This document shows, piece after piece, positions 1 through 13,039 of a stretch of 64,000 nucleotides of DNA. The DNA is from Eledone cirrhosa. Lineage: Eukaryota. The stretch covers positions 338,148,001 through 338,212,000 of the forward strand of contig OZ024740.1 in NCBI GenBank assembly GCA_964016885.1, read 5' to 3'. The translations under genes and the position numbers were made by a program. Under the pieces are notes generated by a model. That model was not told where the DNA came from and searched no databases. It saw nothing but the letters and a program-made list of their open reading frames with translations. How positions within the stretch are numbered: the stretch's first letter is position 1; every line of letters starts with the position of its first letter.

Positions 1-221
1 GTATGATATATGTGGTCATTTCTCTCCAGACTAGGTGTCAACAAAACAAGGTGGACAGATTGTCTCTTTATATAAGTGGTCAGAAGCTTGGCATGTCACT
101 CAATCAATAAGTTGCTCTTTGGCAGATACAGCAGTGAAAGCTGATTGGGTGACTGCAGTTGTCTCATTGGACATTTGCCAATCACTGATCCCCTATAACA
201 TGACATAGAAACCAAAAGTGC

Positions 222-255
<34 letters not shown>

Positions 256-2299
256 ATGCACACACACACACATACACATATCATTATATACATATATAAA
301 CACACACACCATTATATACATATATATATATATAGTACATGCATACACACATACTAACATTCACATCCCCCACCCTCAACAATAGATATGCAAGTATACT
401 GTACTATTTAAAAACAGCTTTTGATCGTTTTTTATTTCTACAATTTGGCTTTGATCAGTTACTTTTTTTCCCTTTATAAATAGGGGAAAGACCATTTGCT
501 CTCCAACTTAGCAATATTCAAACCAGATTACACAAAATACTTTTTTGCCATGTGGGATCTCACTTGTATGATCATGGTTGATATTGATATTACCAACACC
601 AATACCCAGAGCTAACACAGCCATTAAGGTCAGCTAGGTAGTCAGATAAGGCACAACCCTTAGAGACGTACATTACTGAATTTTAAAGAATCCCAGTGTT
701 ATGCAGATTTGTATAATTAAATGAAATATATAATAATTTCTTGCAATCAATAAATAAATCACTAAAAGATCCTTGGTGCATTGTGGAAATATCCTAAGCA
801 GTAGAGAGTGTTATATAGTGTTATGACCTGTAACATGAGTTGGTACGGGTGAATGTGAACTGCATAATAGAAAATGCTGGTTTAGTAATTTTCTTACTGG
901 GGTCAGAAGTGTTTAAAACTAAGTACATCAGCTTACAAAATTATAAGCTGAAATTATTGTTCTTGAAAGACTGGCATGCATAACTGTGAGAATGGAATAC
1001 ACATTGTGTTACTAGTCTAGGGTCCTAAACCCCCAGGTACTGGCTCTGCTAATTCCAATACCAACAGTGCTAGCAAATATGTGAGGCATTTAAGATGATG
1101 TAACTTTTCTTTTCACTTCCTTTAGTCTTTATATTTGAATAAGGATTTTGTTTAAGGTTAGAGGAAAAGTCTGTGATAACCCTTCTATTAGCTATTTGAA
1201 GGCTTTAAAGAATTACTAGGATGAAACTTACTGTGACTTAAACCATGTCAGGACTAAACAACTTCAACAATAGGCTACATTCTTTGACCCCCAAAATGGA
1301 TGTCTCAGACTACTATCTAATATATATATATATTATTGAAACTCAACTCCATTCCTTGGTTAATTTAGATAAAAGAAAGGTGGGAAGAAATACAAAATTA
1401 AATATAGGTGGATGGTGAGGGGAGAAATTCTACACACATGGCTGGATGGTATATCTCAGATACGTCCTACAGACAAGATGATGAAAGCATGGCTCTAGAG
1501 AACAGCCAGTGATGTCTACTGCATTAGCCATCCTATCTCATGAGGGTCTTTCCTTATGTAAGATTCCCTCCTCCGAATTTGGTGGAAGAAAACCACAGTT
1601 TAGGGACTGAGGAAAGAAATTGTTACAGTAATGATTCATCCACACATGCACACATGTGAAAATGTGTATGTACATACACACATCAATTAATATTCTACCT
1701 CTTATGAAGAATGTCAATATCCAATACTAATTAAAAGCCACCACAAAAGAAAGAGATGAAATTTAAACTAACCATCACCTTTACTAAACATTTATATGTA
1801 TCCATAGAAAACAGATTTGACAGAGATAACTCCCAACTACTATCATGTTTAAAGTTAGTAAAGATATCATTGAAAACCATATAAAAATATGTGATAAGGC
1901 ATATTTGACTATCAAACTTGCTTATATACATCTTCTAGCATTCTGAAAGAACACCTAAGAGATACCTCTTGTGCATGTGGTAACAAAATAACTCAACATA
2001 AGCAACTGACACAGTCAGTGCCTGGATAATTAGTGTCAGAGACTAACCTACAATTTCCGTTATGCACCCCATTCTCCTAAATAAATAATTTCAACTTAGA
2101 GTTTGGCAATCTGACAAACCTAGTTTTTGACACCTCTTGTTCTGACCACAGCATTAAATATTCCACATCAATTGAAACATTCTAACTATGATATAATATC
2201 ATGTAATGGTAGACATTTAAAGGCGAATTTAAAGCATGTGGTTTGTATTGTCATGAAATGTTCAAGTTGCATGTTGATGTCTTGTAAAGAGAGACTGTT

Positions 2300-3310
2300 G
2301 GTCCAGTTTTACTTCAGGATCTCCTCTGGAATCTTTTTCCATATAAACTTTGTGCTATGCCAGTTGTCAGGTGTGTTTCACTTATTGCCATGCATATTGC
2401 TTAATTGCTTGTGGCTAGGTCTTTCGGGTTGGGGATTTTACTCTTGTTGGTAAGTTTACCAAGTCTCTGACATTTAGCAGCAGCACTGGTGTGACATTTA
2501 TGATGTCAACAGTGACCACTGATATGACATTTGGGTGGGTGTCAGTGGTAATAAGCAAAGGTCCTTTATCTGCAGAGGTCTTGAATGTTGGTGTGAATGA
2601 CTTAGCTCTGTACCTGATGTAGTCAAATCAATTGTCTTACAATCTTTTCTGCTATGTTTAAAATAATTATTGTTCTGTTGCTACATTCTGTACTGCATCT
2701 CCATACTGCCTCCTCTTCTTCAGGGTGGTAACTGCAACATCAGCATATTTCCTGAGCAGTGGCTCTTTGAGATGTGTTGTATGCTCATGCTGGTTTTGGC
2801 TGGAGTATTTGAAACAAGCAGGTTAGGCACAGCTTACATGGGGTCTGGGGTGAGCGAATCTGCAGCCAGCAGTTCACATTTTGAAAACCTTACAGAGTAC
2901 TTGTTTTTTTTTCTCCTCAGGGTCTTTGTTTCTTCTAGTTCTTATCTTCTTTGTCTTAATATTTGTCCACTGGTCACTTCCTGCTTGTTTATTTACTTCT
3001 TTGTAATTGGGTTCAGCCTTGTGGCTTCTTATTTTACCGTTGCTTCATTCTAGTATTTCATTTTGTTCACTTGGCTTGTATCTATTGACATTGTCAGCAA
3101 TGCAGGTCATCTCACTCATGGCAGCTCTCAGATCCTTCTCTGGACTCTTTATGACTAGTATTTAAAAAAAAACTTTTTCTATGGTCTTCTACTTGAGGAT
3201 TCAACTCAGCAATTTCACATGTGGCTTCATAAGGGTATAGGTGCGAATAATTTCCTTCTTTTTTTTTCTGTTCGTGACATTGTTCTCAAAAAGCCATAAT
3301 TCTTCAGAGT
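2300..3310 (-). pseudogene. Possible highly decayed LINE ORF1 (gag-like) remnant
   Basis: Purine/A-rich, coding-like composition on the minus strand with Cys/His residues near 2780-2850. Many stops and no clean motif. Confidence 0.2.
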
Positions 3311-3584
3311 CCCTGTAATTAGAATTTCAGCTTGTAAACATTGTCTTTAAATCTTCCTTTTTTCAGATTTGTTAGTTTTTATATGCATTGTTTTCTCTAA
3401 AGTGATCCATTTCACTGCAATAACTTATATTATCAGAAGTAATGAGATGGAGATAAAGAAATAGTGAGAGAAAGGAGAGACTAGAGATCTAGAAAGTGAT
3501 AAACACAGGGGGAGAGAAATACAGCGTGAGAGAGGGCTGGAAGGATGATGAGATTTTCTCTATGCACGTACATATATATATATG

Positions 3585-3631
<47 letters not shown>

Positions 3632-3722
3632 ATATATATATGTGTGTGTATATATATATACTGCGATTGCAGTACTCTTAGCAGAGTTTGCAGATATCAT
3701 ATATATATATAAAGTATGTATA

Positions 3723-3756
<34 letters not shown>

Positions 3757-3891
3757 CTTAGGTTAATAGGAGTTAGGTATTGTATACCCGTGTCCCATTA
3801 AGGTATTGGCAGCATAATAATTAGCTCTATGCTTTGGAGCAGAGCCGTATATATGATAAAGAACACAAGAGCGTCTACAACATCAAAAGAC

Positions 3892-3951
3892 TTTTATTGG
3901 CTTACAATGTTTCTTCCTTACGTAACCGTAGGATTCGTCAGAGCTATAAAA
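3892..3951 (-). ncRNA. Type I hammerhead ribozyme motif (left arm copy)
   Basis: Reverse complement reads GCT-CTGACGA-aTCCTACG gtta CGTaAGGAa-GAAA-C att G-TA/AGC-c-AATAAA. Confidence 0.7.
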
Positions 3952-6203
3952 GGGGTTTGATTGGTGTTATGGACTCTACCAACCAAACATTCAAGAACAA
4001 AGAGTAAAGAGAGTAAAGAGCAAAAGTAGGGGACGATAAGTCTAATTTTGGTGCGGGAGGGTGGGGTGTGGGTCCTTGTTTACTAGCTGCGGTCATATTC
4101 ATTCCCGGGAGTCGAGTGGTTAGCTGAACCATAGATGGGGTGGCGTCGATAGTAGGGTGCAGAGGGTGTGCAGAGGCTACACAAACACAAAGCGCATACA
4201 ATATATATATAACGGAGGAGAAAGTACATGAGGTAATTAGAAATGGAAAAAGAGTAATAATAATAATCTATAATTAATAATGTATAATAAGGCATGGGGA
4301 AGATTACACTATAATAAGGTTTAAAAGTAAGAATAAGGTAAAATATAAAGGAGGATAAAAGTGAAAATAAGAATAAAGATAAAAAATATATATATAGAAA
4401 AATATATAGAGAATATATAAAGAAATATAAGCAAGTATTTGAAGGGGAAAACACAATGTAAAAAAAACCGATTTTTTCAAATAAAAATATTATAATTATG
4501 GGGGGAGAAAACGGGATAGAGAAATATGATCAAATGTGATTAGTTGAGAGAATATAAGATGATGATAGTTATGTCAAGTTTATACATCTTAATAATAAAT
4601 AATCTGTATATCAGAGTTACAGAACCTTCAATTCACTTACAGGTTCAAGCCACGTGGCATAGTCCATTTTTTATCTGTGCGGTCATGTGCGTTTGTTTTT
4701 GACACCACAGCAGATGCACAAGTTCGTATTTTTCCAATGCAGATAGAAATCTATTTTTGCTCACCCAGACATTGACGGAGGATCCAATATTCTTAGTTCA
4801 ATATGTGTGTGGTGTTATTTTGGTCGCACAAATCAATCACTTGGTTCAATATTATGGAGTATGGTTTTCTGGTCTTCGTAACAGGGTCAGTGGTTGTATA
4901 TCTCGAAATCACCAGGATCACAGTACTCCGGTTTGGTGTGATTATCGGTCATCCAACTATGTTGTCGGTGGTTGGATTCAATTCTATTTCCCCGAACGTA
5001 GAACTTTGGTGTCGATTGAACATTAACGAGGCAGAGTGAGATCGCATCTGTGGTACAAAACGTTCTAGAAGAATTTCCTTGCGTACCGTTTTGTACCACA
5101 GATGCGATCTCACCCTGCCTCGTTAATGTTCTATCGACACCAAAGTTCTACGTTCGGGGAAATAGAATTGAATCCAACCACCGACAACATAGTTAGATGA
5201 CCGATAATCACACCAAACCGGAGTACTGTGATCCTTGTGATTTCGAGATATACAACCACTGACACTGTTACGAAGACCAGAAAACCATACTCCATAATAT
5301 TGAACCAAGTGATTGATTTGTGCGACCAAAATAACACCACACACATATTGAACTAAGAATATTGGATCCTCCGTCAATGTCTGGGTGAGCAAAAATAGAT
5401 TTCTATCTGCATTGGAAAAATACGAACTTGTGCATCTGCTGTGGTGTCAAAAACAAACGCACATGACCGCACAGATAAAAAATGGACTATGCCACGTGGC
5501 TTGAACCTGTAAGTGAATTGAAGGTTCTGTAACTCTGATATACAGATTATTTATTATTAAGATGTATAAACTTGACATAACTATCATCATCTTATATTCT
5601 CTCAACTAATCACATTTGATCATATTTCTCTATCCCGTTTTCTCCCCCCATAATTATAATATTTTTATTTGAAAAAATCGGTTTTTTTTACATTGTGTTT
5701 TCCCCTTCAAATACTTGCTTATATTTCTTTATATATTCTCTATATATTTTTCTATATATATATTTTTTATCTTTATTCTTATTTTCACTTTTATCCTCCT
5801 TTATATTTTACCTTATTCTTACTTTTATACCTTATTATAGTGTAATCTTCCCCATGCCTTATTATACATTATTAATTGTAGATTATTATTATTACTCTTT
5901 TTCCATTTCTAATTACCTCATGTACTTTCTCCTCCGTTATATATATATATATAATGTATGCCCTTTGTGTGTGTGTAGCCTCTGCACACCCTCTGCACCC
6001 TACTATCGACGCCACCCCATCTATGGTTCAGCTAACCACTCGACTCCCGGGAATGAATATGACCGCAGCTAGTAAACAAGGACCCACACCCCACCCTCCC
6101 GCACCAAAATTAGACTTATCGTCCCCTACTTTTGCTCTTTACTCTCTTTACTCTTTGTTCTTGAATGTTTGGTTGGTAGAGTCCATAACACCAATCAAAC
6201 CCC

Positions 6204-6263
6204 TTTTATAGCTCTGACGAATCCTACGGTTACGTAAGGAAGAAACATTGTAAGCCAATAAAA
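6204..6263 (+). ncRNA. Type I hammerhead ribozyme motif (right arm copy) followed by AATAAA
   Basis: CTGACGA 6214-6220, stem II 6222-6240, GAAA 6242-6245, GUA cleavage triplet ending at 6252, stem I GCT/AGC extended by TTTTAT/ATAAAA, AATAAA 6257-6262. Confidence 0.72.
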
Positions 6264-6372
6264 GTCTTTTGATGTTGTAGACGCTCTTGTGTTCTTTATC
6301 ATATATATATATACATATATATATATACATATATACATATATACATACATTACATATATATATATATATGTA

Positions 6373-6439
<67 letters not shown>

Positions 6440-6513
6440 TACATATGTACATATATATATACATTACATATATATATGATAGCTGCGAACTCTGCTAAGA
6501 GTACTGTAATCGC

Positions 6514-9500
6514 TTGTCAGGTTATAGAGTTTGGTGCACTTTTAGGCTACGGCCAGTCACCCAAACCTGTAATAGATCCTGAGCAAACAATGCCTGTGCT
6601 TTGAAGATTTTTTTAAGTGGGAAAAGGCCTTGCACTCGACCAATCCCACTCTCTGAGCATCGTAAACACTACCCGAAAAGGAGTACTAGTCAACATCATC
6701 GGATGCTTCCGAAGCTGCAGGTTTTTTTTTATCAGTGTGTCCCTCTCCTAGAAAGGTGTTGTGACAACTGGGGGGGGGGGGGCCTTTCACTTCCACATAT
6801 ATATATTGTCAGGTATTTCAGCTACCACAACACATTTATTTTGTTATCCTCATTTTCCGCTACCATGCTGACTCTCAATCTGTCTATTTTTCCATCAAAG
6901 GCGACAGGCCATGACTGGCTACTATTGTTGCTGTATTCTATCGGCTACTCTGCCATGCTGTATTCTATCGGTTAGTTAGTTTGTTAGCCTTGACGGCGAC
7001 CCTCACTGCCTACCTCACAATTTCCCTCACACCACCATAGCCTATTCGACCAATCAAACCTCAGCATGCCATTTCTTCTACTACTACTACTACTACCTAA
7101 CTCTCTCCTCTCCCGTCCCAGCCCAACACACCCTGCCATTATTACCACCCCCACTGTTCTTCTAGCCCTGAATTTTCCTACCGTTATGGATGGATGAGCT
7201 GAGAATAAATTTGAGCAACTCTGAATTAATAGATGAAATGAATATGAATCCGCGAGCTACCAAGCACCCATGTGAAGGCCCAATCCAGAGAGAAGAAGCA
7301 CACACATACCATTGCAAAAATCGACCCTTCCCTACGAATGTCGACAAATGCCCAAAACTCAGAGTTGGTACCATCAATGTAAGCACAATGAAAGGAAGAG
7401 CAGGAGAAATCGTAGAAATGCTAGAGCGAAAGGAAATTGATGTATGCTGTGTGCAAGAGACTAGATGGAGAGGAGAGTCTGCTAGAGTCCTTGTAGGAAA
7501 AAGTCAGTGCTACAAATTTTTCTGGGTGGGAAATGATGATGGGATGGGTGGTGTAGGTATACTACTAGCTGACAAATGGGTAGATAAAGTAATCTCAGTG
7601 TACAGGGTAAATGCAAGAATCATTAAACTCAGACTAGTCCTGAATAAAACAATTACCACAATAATATCAGCCTACGCACCCCAATCGGGGTTGCCAGACG
7701 AACTTAAGGATAGATTTTACAAGTCCCTAATGCACACTACTGCTCTAACAAACGACAATGACTTCCTAATCATCGCAGGAGATTTTAACGGACACGTAGG
7801 TAAACGCTGTGACGGCTTCAATAGAGTACATGGAGGCCATGGGGTTGGCACAGGAAATGAAGAAGGATTCAGACTTCTAGAATTCTGCGACGCCAATGAC
7901 ATGTCGATATGTAACACAAACTTTAAAAAACCGACAACCACCTGATCACCTATAGATCAGGGGAGCATTCTAGTCAGATAGATTTTATCCTCATCAGAGG
8001 ACGTGACAGATGGACGGTTGTAAACACAAAAGCCTTCCCTAGTGAGGAATGTACCTCCCAACATAGCTTAGTTGTCAGCGACCTCACGGTCAGAACTATA
8101 CGAACCTGGAAACAGAGGCCAACCTGGAGAAGAAAGATCTGGAAGCTGAAAGACCCCTCAGCCAGTAACAGATTTAAAGATATTTTACTCAACGCATACG
8201 ACAGTAGAGAAGAACAGATAGAGACATTCAATGTAGAAGAGCACTGGGAGTTCCTAAAAAAATAACTTACTAGAGGTGACGGATGAGGTCTGTGGCTGGA
8301 GTAAGACCACAAGCAGGAGGAGAGTGACTTGGTGGTGGAACAATAAGGTAGATGAGGCAGTTAAGGCCAAGAGACAGGCATGGAAAGAATGGAAGAACGG
8401 GGGGAGCAGGGTACATTACATAGAGACCAAGAGGGAAGCTAGGCAACAAGTATACTTAGCTAGGAGGGAAGCAGAGAATAGAAAATTCAAGCATGTTTTG
8501 CAACGAGAGGACCAGAAACAGGAGGTGTTCAAGATTGCGAGGCAGTGTGTCAGAGAGAATTGTGATGTCATTGGAGAGAAGTGTATCCGGAATGATAAAG
8601 GTGAGCTTGCCCTCACAAGTGTTGAGAAGAAAGATGCATGGAAGAGTCATTATGATAGATTACTAAATGAGGAGAATGCATGGGAAGAAGAGACCCTACC
8701 CCAAGTAGAACCTATAGAGGGGTCAGCAGTACAAGTAAGCAGCAGCGTAGTAAGTAAGGCAATCAAATATATGAAGATGGGGAAGGCAACCGGTCCATCG
8801 GGTATAGCTGCCGAGATGCTGAAGGCATCTGGGTCTGTAGGTCACACTATAACCACACGTATTGTTAACCAGGTAATACTAGAAGGTGTCATACCAAAAG
8901 ATTGGTGCAGTAGCATCATTGTCAACTGCTACAAAGGTAAAGGTGATGCACTCGATAGAGGAAACTATAGAGGTATAAAGCTGATGGACCAGGTCATGAA
9001 AGTAACAGAAAGAGTTATAGAAAAGTTGATTAGGGACCGGGTGAAACTAGATGAGATGCAATTTGGGTTTGTACCAGGAAGAGGCACCACTGATGCCCTC
9101 TTCCTTGTGAGGCAGTTACAGGAAAAGTACCTAGCTAAAAGTAAGCCACTCTACCTGGCATTCGTCGATCTCGAGAAAGCCTTTGACAGAGTTCCACGTG
9201 CTGTAATCTGGTGGGCTCTTAGAAAACTAGGAGTAGATGAATGGCTTGTGAAAGCTGTACAAGCCATGTATAGGGGAGCAGTCAGCAAAGTTAGGTTTAG
9301 CAATGAGTAGAGCGAGGAATTTAGCGTACAGGTTGGTGTCCACCAGGGCTCTGTTCTTAGCCCTCTCCTGTTCATCATAGTCCTGCAGGCAATAATGGAG
9401 GCGTTTAAGACCGGATGCCCATGGGAACTCCTGTATGCAGATGACCTCGCACTTATAGCTGAATCTATGGTAGAACTAGAGAAGAAATTCCAAACTTGGA

Positions 9501-10701
9501 AGCAGGGACTAGAAAGAAAGGGTCTCAAAGTCAACATGACAAAGACAAAGGTCCTTGTAAGTAGACGAGAAAACAGAACCCAGGTCCTCTCAGGGAAATG
9601 GCCTTGCTTAATATGTAGGAAAGGTGTAGGTAGGAACTCCATTCTCTGCCCCAAATGCAAACAATGGGTACACAAGAGATGTAGCGGGATCTCAGGAAGC
9701 TTAATTAAGAATGTAGGCTTCACATGCAGCAGCTGTACTGGGACAGCAAGCAGCAAACAACCACAGGAAACAAGTACCACCAATCTCTCGGAGGGCTCTG
9801 TAGAGACAGTAGACAGCTTCTGCTACCTAGATGACCAAATTAGCAGCGGAGGTGTGTGTTCAGAAAGTACAATAACTAGGGTAAGAACGGAATGGAAGAA
9901 GTTCAGGGAACTACTGCCACTGCTAGCTGCAAAAGGCTTCTCCCTCAAAATGAAAGGCAGACTGTATGATGCGTGTATCCAAACAGCAATGTTACATGGT
10001 AGTGAGACCTGGGCACTGAAGGTGAAAGACTTACGTAGATTAGAGAGAAACGAAGCGTGCATGCTCCGATGGATGTGTAATAGTAATATACGCGACCGAC
10101 AAAGCATAAATGAATTGAGAGAGAGACTGAGCATAAGAGGAATCAAATGCTATGTGTAGGAGAGGCAGTTGCGTTGGTATGGACATGTGATGCGTATGAA
10201 GGGTGACAGCTGCATAAAAAGGTGCAGAGCACTAGAAGTCGATGGAAACCGCGGAGTGGGGAGACCCAAGATGACCTGGGATGAGGTGATAAAAGCCAAC
10301 CTTACCCAATTACACCTCTCCAAGGCGATGACACACGACCGTGACCTCTGGCGTCACACAGTAATATAGAGTACCCGACCTCCCATGGGTACATGCTGAA
10401 GCATATAGACAATATGCCCCCACACCCTCCCACTGTAAGGTGGTTGTGGAGGTGCCATGGCAAAAAAGCACCCAGCCCACACTGTAAAGTGAACATGTAG
10501 GCGCCACGAAAAAGCACCCAGCACTCACTGTAAATGAGGTTGGTGTTAGGAATGGCATCCAGCTGTAGAAATCAATCCAAATTAGTTCCTGTAGTAGCAA
10601 GGCATGGTCAGCCGACTAGACACTGCCCACAACAGGACAACCCGACTAACCCATGCTAGCGTGGAAGAACGGACGTAAAACGGTGATGATGATGATGATG
10701 A

Positions 10702-10705
<4 letters not shown>
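6514..10705 (+). mobile_element. Near full-length RTE-clade LINE (family A), decayed
   Basis: 5' UTR, APE endonuclease, RT, 3' UTR and (GAT)n tail at about 10683-10705, followed by (TA)n. Confidence 0.93.
7190..10369 (+). pseudogene. RTE ORF: AP endonuclease + reverse transcriptase + PHD-like Cys/His finger, broken by stops and frameshifts
   Basis: EN motifs GTINV, VQETRW, SAYAPQ, AGDFNGH (7190-7945). RT motifs NYRGIKL, FVDLEKAFD, HQGSVLSP, LYADD. Finger CLIC...CPKCKQWVHKRC...CSSC. C-terminal RWYGHV...GRPK.TW. Confidence 0.93.
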
Positions 10706-10767
<62 letters not shown>

Positions 10768-10771
<4 letters not shown>

Positions 10772-13035
10772 GACCAAATCAACATACTCTCCAAAGGTCT
10801 GAAATTTAAACCAACTCCCCAACGACCAAACTACCCCGAAATGAAGGAAGATATTGCAGAATTCTGTAGACAACTAATACTCAGCGACCAACTATACAAC
10901 AAATACAATGAGGATGACTCAATAGCCAGAAATAGAAGCAACTACACTCACCAAAAGGCAAGAACAAATTCCTCGATCAATTCTGCGAACACATTACTAA
11001 TTACCCATACCACCACCTACAGAAACATAAACAAAAACCAAACCTAAGCAAAAAAGAATGGAATAGTCTAACAGTCTAAAGAACCACAAAAACCCTAACA
11101 ATCAAAGAGGCGGATAAAGGGAGAGCAGTAATCCTTACGAGGACAGATTACTACACGACTCTAGTCCTCTCAACTCTAGAAAACCAAACATATTACGAAA
11201 AGGCTACACACATCAGAAAATAATGAGAAACCTAAAATCCCTTACAACCCTTTACAAAGAAGGCCTTACAGACAAGGAATACAACTACATCACCAATTTC
11301 AAAAGCAGAATCAGCCTCTTCTACGGTATCCCAAAGACACACAAAAGCGAAGTAATAGGCAGGGCCTGCAAGCAAGCCACAGACATTTGCATCAATCAAT
11401 ATACCCCCTCCTGATGACCTTAAATTAAGACCCATAATACCACAAGTGAAACCTACTGCCTAAGCAACTTCCTAGATATTCTGCTTAAACCTTTCCTAAA
11501 ACACATAAAAAGCTTCATAAGGGACGACCTTGACATGCTCAACCACCTCCCAACAACACTTAATAATGAACATACCCTACTAGTAACCTTTGATGTCAAC
11601 ATCTATATTCCAATATCCTACACAACCTAGGTATAGAGGCAATATAATTCTGGCTTGAAAATTTCTCTAGTGGACTTCCACAGCGCATTCCTAAAGAATT
11701 TGTGCTGGAGGGAAATTCATCTTGGAAAACAATTTCTTCAAATTCGATGCCAAATACTACAGACAGAAATCTGGGACTGCCATGGGCACGAAAGTAGCCG
11801 CATCATACACCAACCTTGTCATCGGATATTTGGAAACCACTCCCTACCGCAAAGTTCTAGACAAATACGGTAACCACTTCTACCTACACATAGAAAACAA
11901 CTAGAAGAGATATCTGGACGACTGTTTCATCCTCTGACATGAAAGTATAGATAGACTGATTGAGTTCAAAACTCTTCTAAATGGACACAACACAAACTTA
12001 CAATTCACAATGGATTACAGCCATGAACAACTCCTTTTCCTCGACATCCTCATCAAGAAAACAAACAACAAAATAGAAACAGACATATACCACAAACCCA
12101 CAGACTCCAAACAATATCTTCCATTCAACTCGTGCAACCCTCGCCATACCAAAATGGCAATTCCTTATAACCTAGCCAGAAGGATCTGAACAATAGTTTC
12201 AGATAAATACACATGCTACACACCACTAGAAGAATTAAAGAACACACTTATAAGCAGAAACTACCCACGATCCCTAATCAACAATGGATTCCAACGTGTC
12301 TAAAACTCAACATCCAGGAACTCAGACACCCCAAACCCAGGAATTAACCGCAACAGAAAATTCTACCATACATCTCCACACACAACCCCTCAACAATGAG
12401 GCATTCAACACCATCCTCCAGAACATTCCTTTACTAAAAAGAGACCCAAGAATGAACAAAATCCTCCAAACACACAACATCATAAAGAGCAAAAGACAAC
12501 CTAAATCCATAAAAAACATCGTCACACAAGCCAAAATCCAACCAACCCTCACAACGAACCCTACAGTAAAAAAATGCGGAAGGCCTAACTGTGGCATATG
12601 AGGTCTGTGGCTGGAGTAAGACCATTTTAAACAAGGACAACATTTCACAATTAAACACAACTTTACATGTGCATCTGAAAACCTAATCTATGATTTGACC
12701 TGCTCAGGTTGTCAATAGCACTACATAGGACAGACAAAAAACAGCCTCCGACAACGTATGACCATCCATAGATCACAAATCAAAATACAGGAATACAGAA
12801 AGATTGCTTTTAGTGAACATATCGCCAATTGTACACCTAACCAACATCCAAACTTTAAAATTTTCCCCATTTACAAATTCATAGACGACGCTTCTTTCAT
12901 TCATCGTACCAATAAGGAAACGTACTTCATTAACAAATTCCAACCTCTACTTAATGGAGTAAACTTCGGACTAAACTAAAACTAGAACGAACAATGAACC
13001 AAAACCAAATCCCTATGATCTCCAAAGAGTTACCT
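10768..13035 (+). mobile_element. Penelope-like element (Neptune-type), decayed RT + GIY-YIG endonuclease
   Basis: LSKGLKF.P, ADKGRAV, FYGIPKTHK, GTAMGTKVA.SY.NL, RYLDD, LPFLD, IYHKPTDS, Cys linker CGRPNC, NLIY..TC..C...YIGQT, end P.LN. Starts directly after a (TA)n tract. Confidence 0.88.
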
Positions 13036-13039
13036 CCCT

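Larger units (their letters stand above)
3663..6513. repeat. About 2.85 kb fold-back palindrome (arms about 1.4 kb), probably of Penelope-like origin
   Basis: 3663-5063 is the reverse complement of about 5088-6513 with scattered substitutions. Short spacer near 5064-5087 (GGTACAAAACG...CGTTTTGTACC). Mirrored ORFs appear in the ORF track. Confidence 0.95.

Noticed and set aside
3944-6211. Paired near-identical ORFs on opposite strands (85, 89, 123-125 aa)
   Set aside because: By-product of the palindrome; low complexity and no recognisable domain.
6514-7190. HDV-like or twister ribozyme in the RTE 5' UTR
   Set aside because: Known for some RTEs and hairpins are visible, but I could not build the required pseudoknots by eye.
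9151-9783. Antisense ORFs over RTE, PLE and mariner coding regions
   Set aside because: Shadow frames of TE coding sequence.
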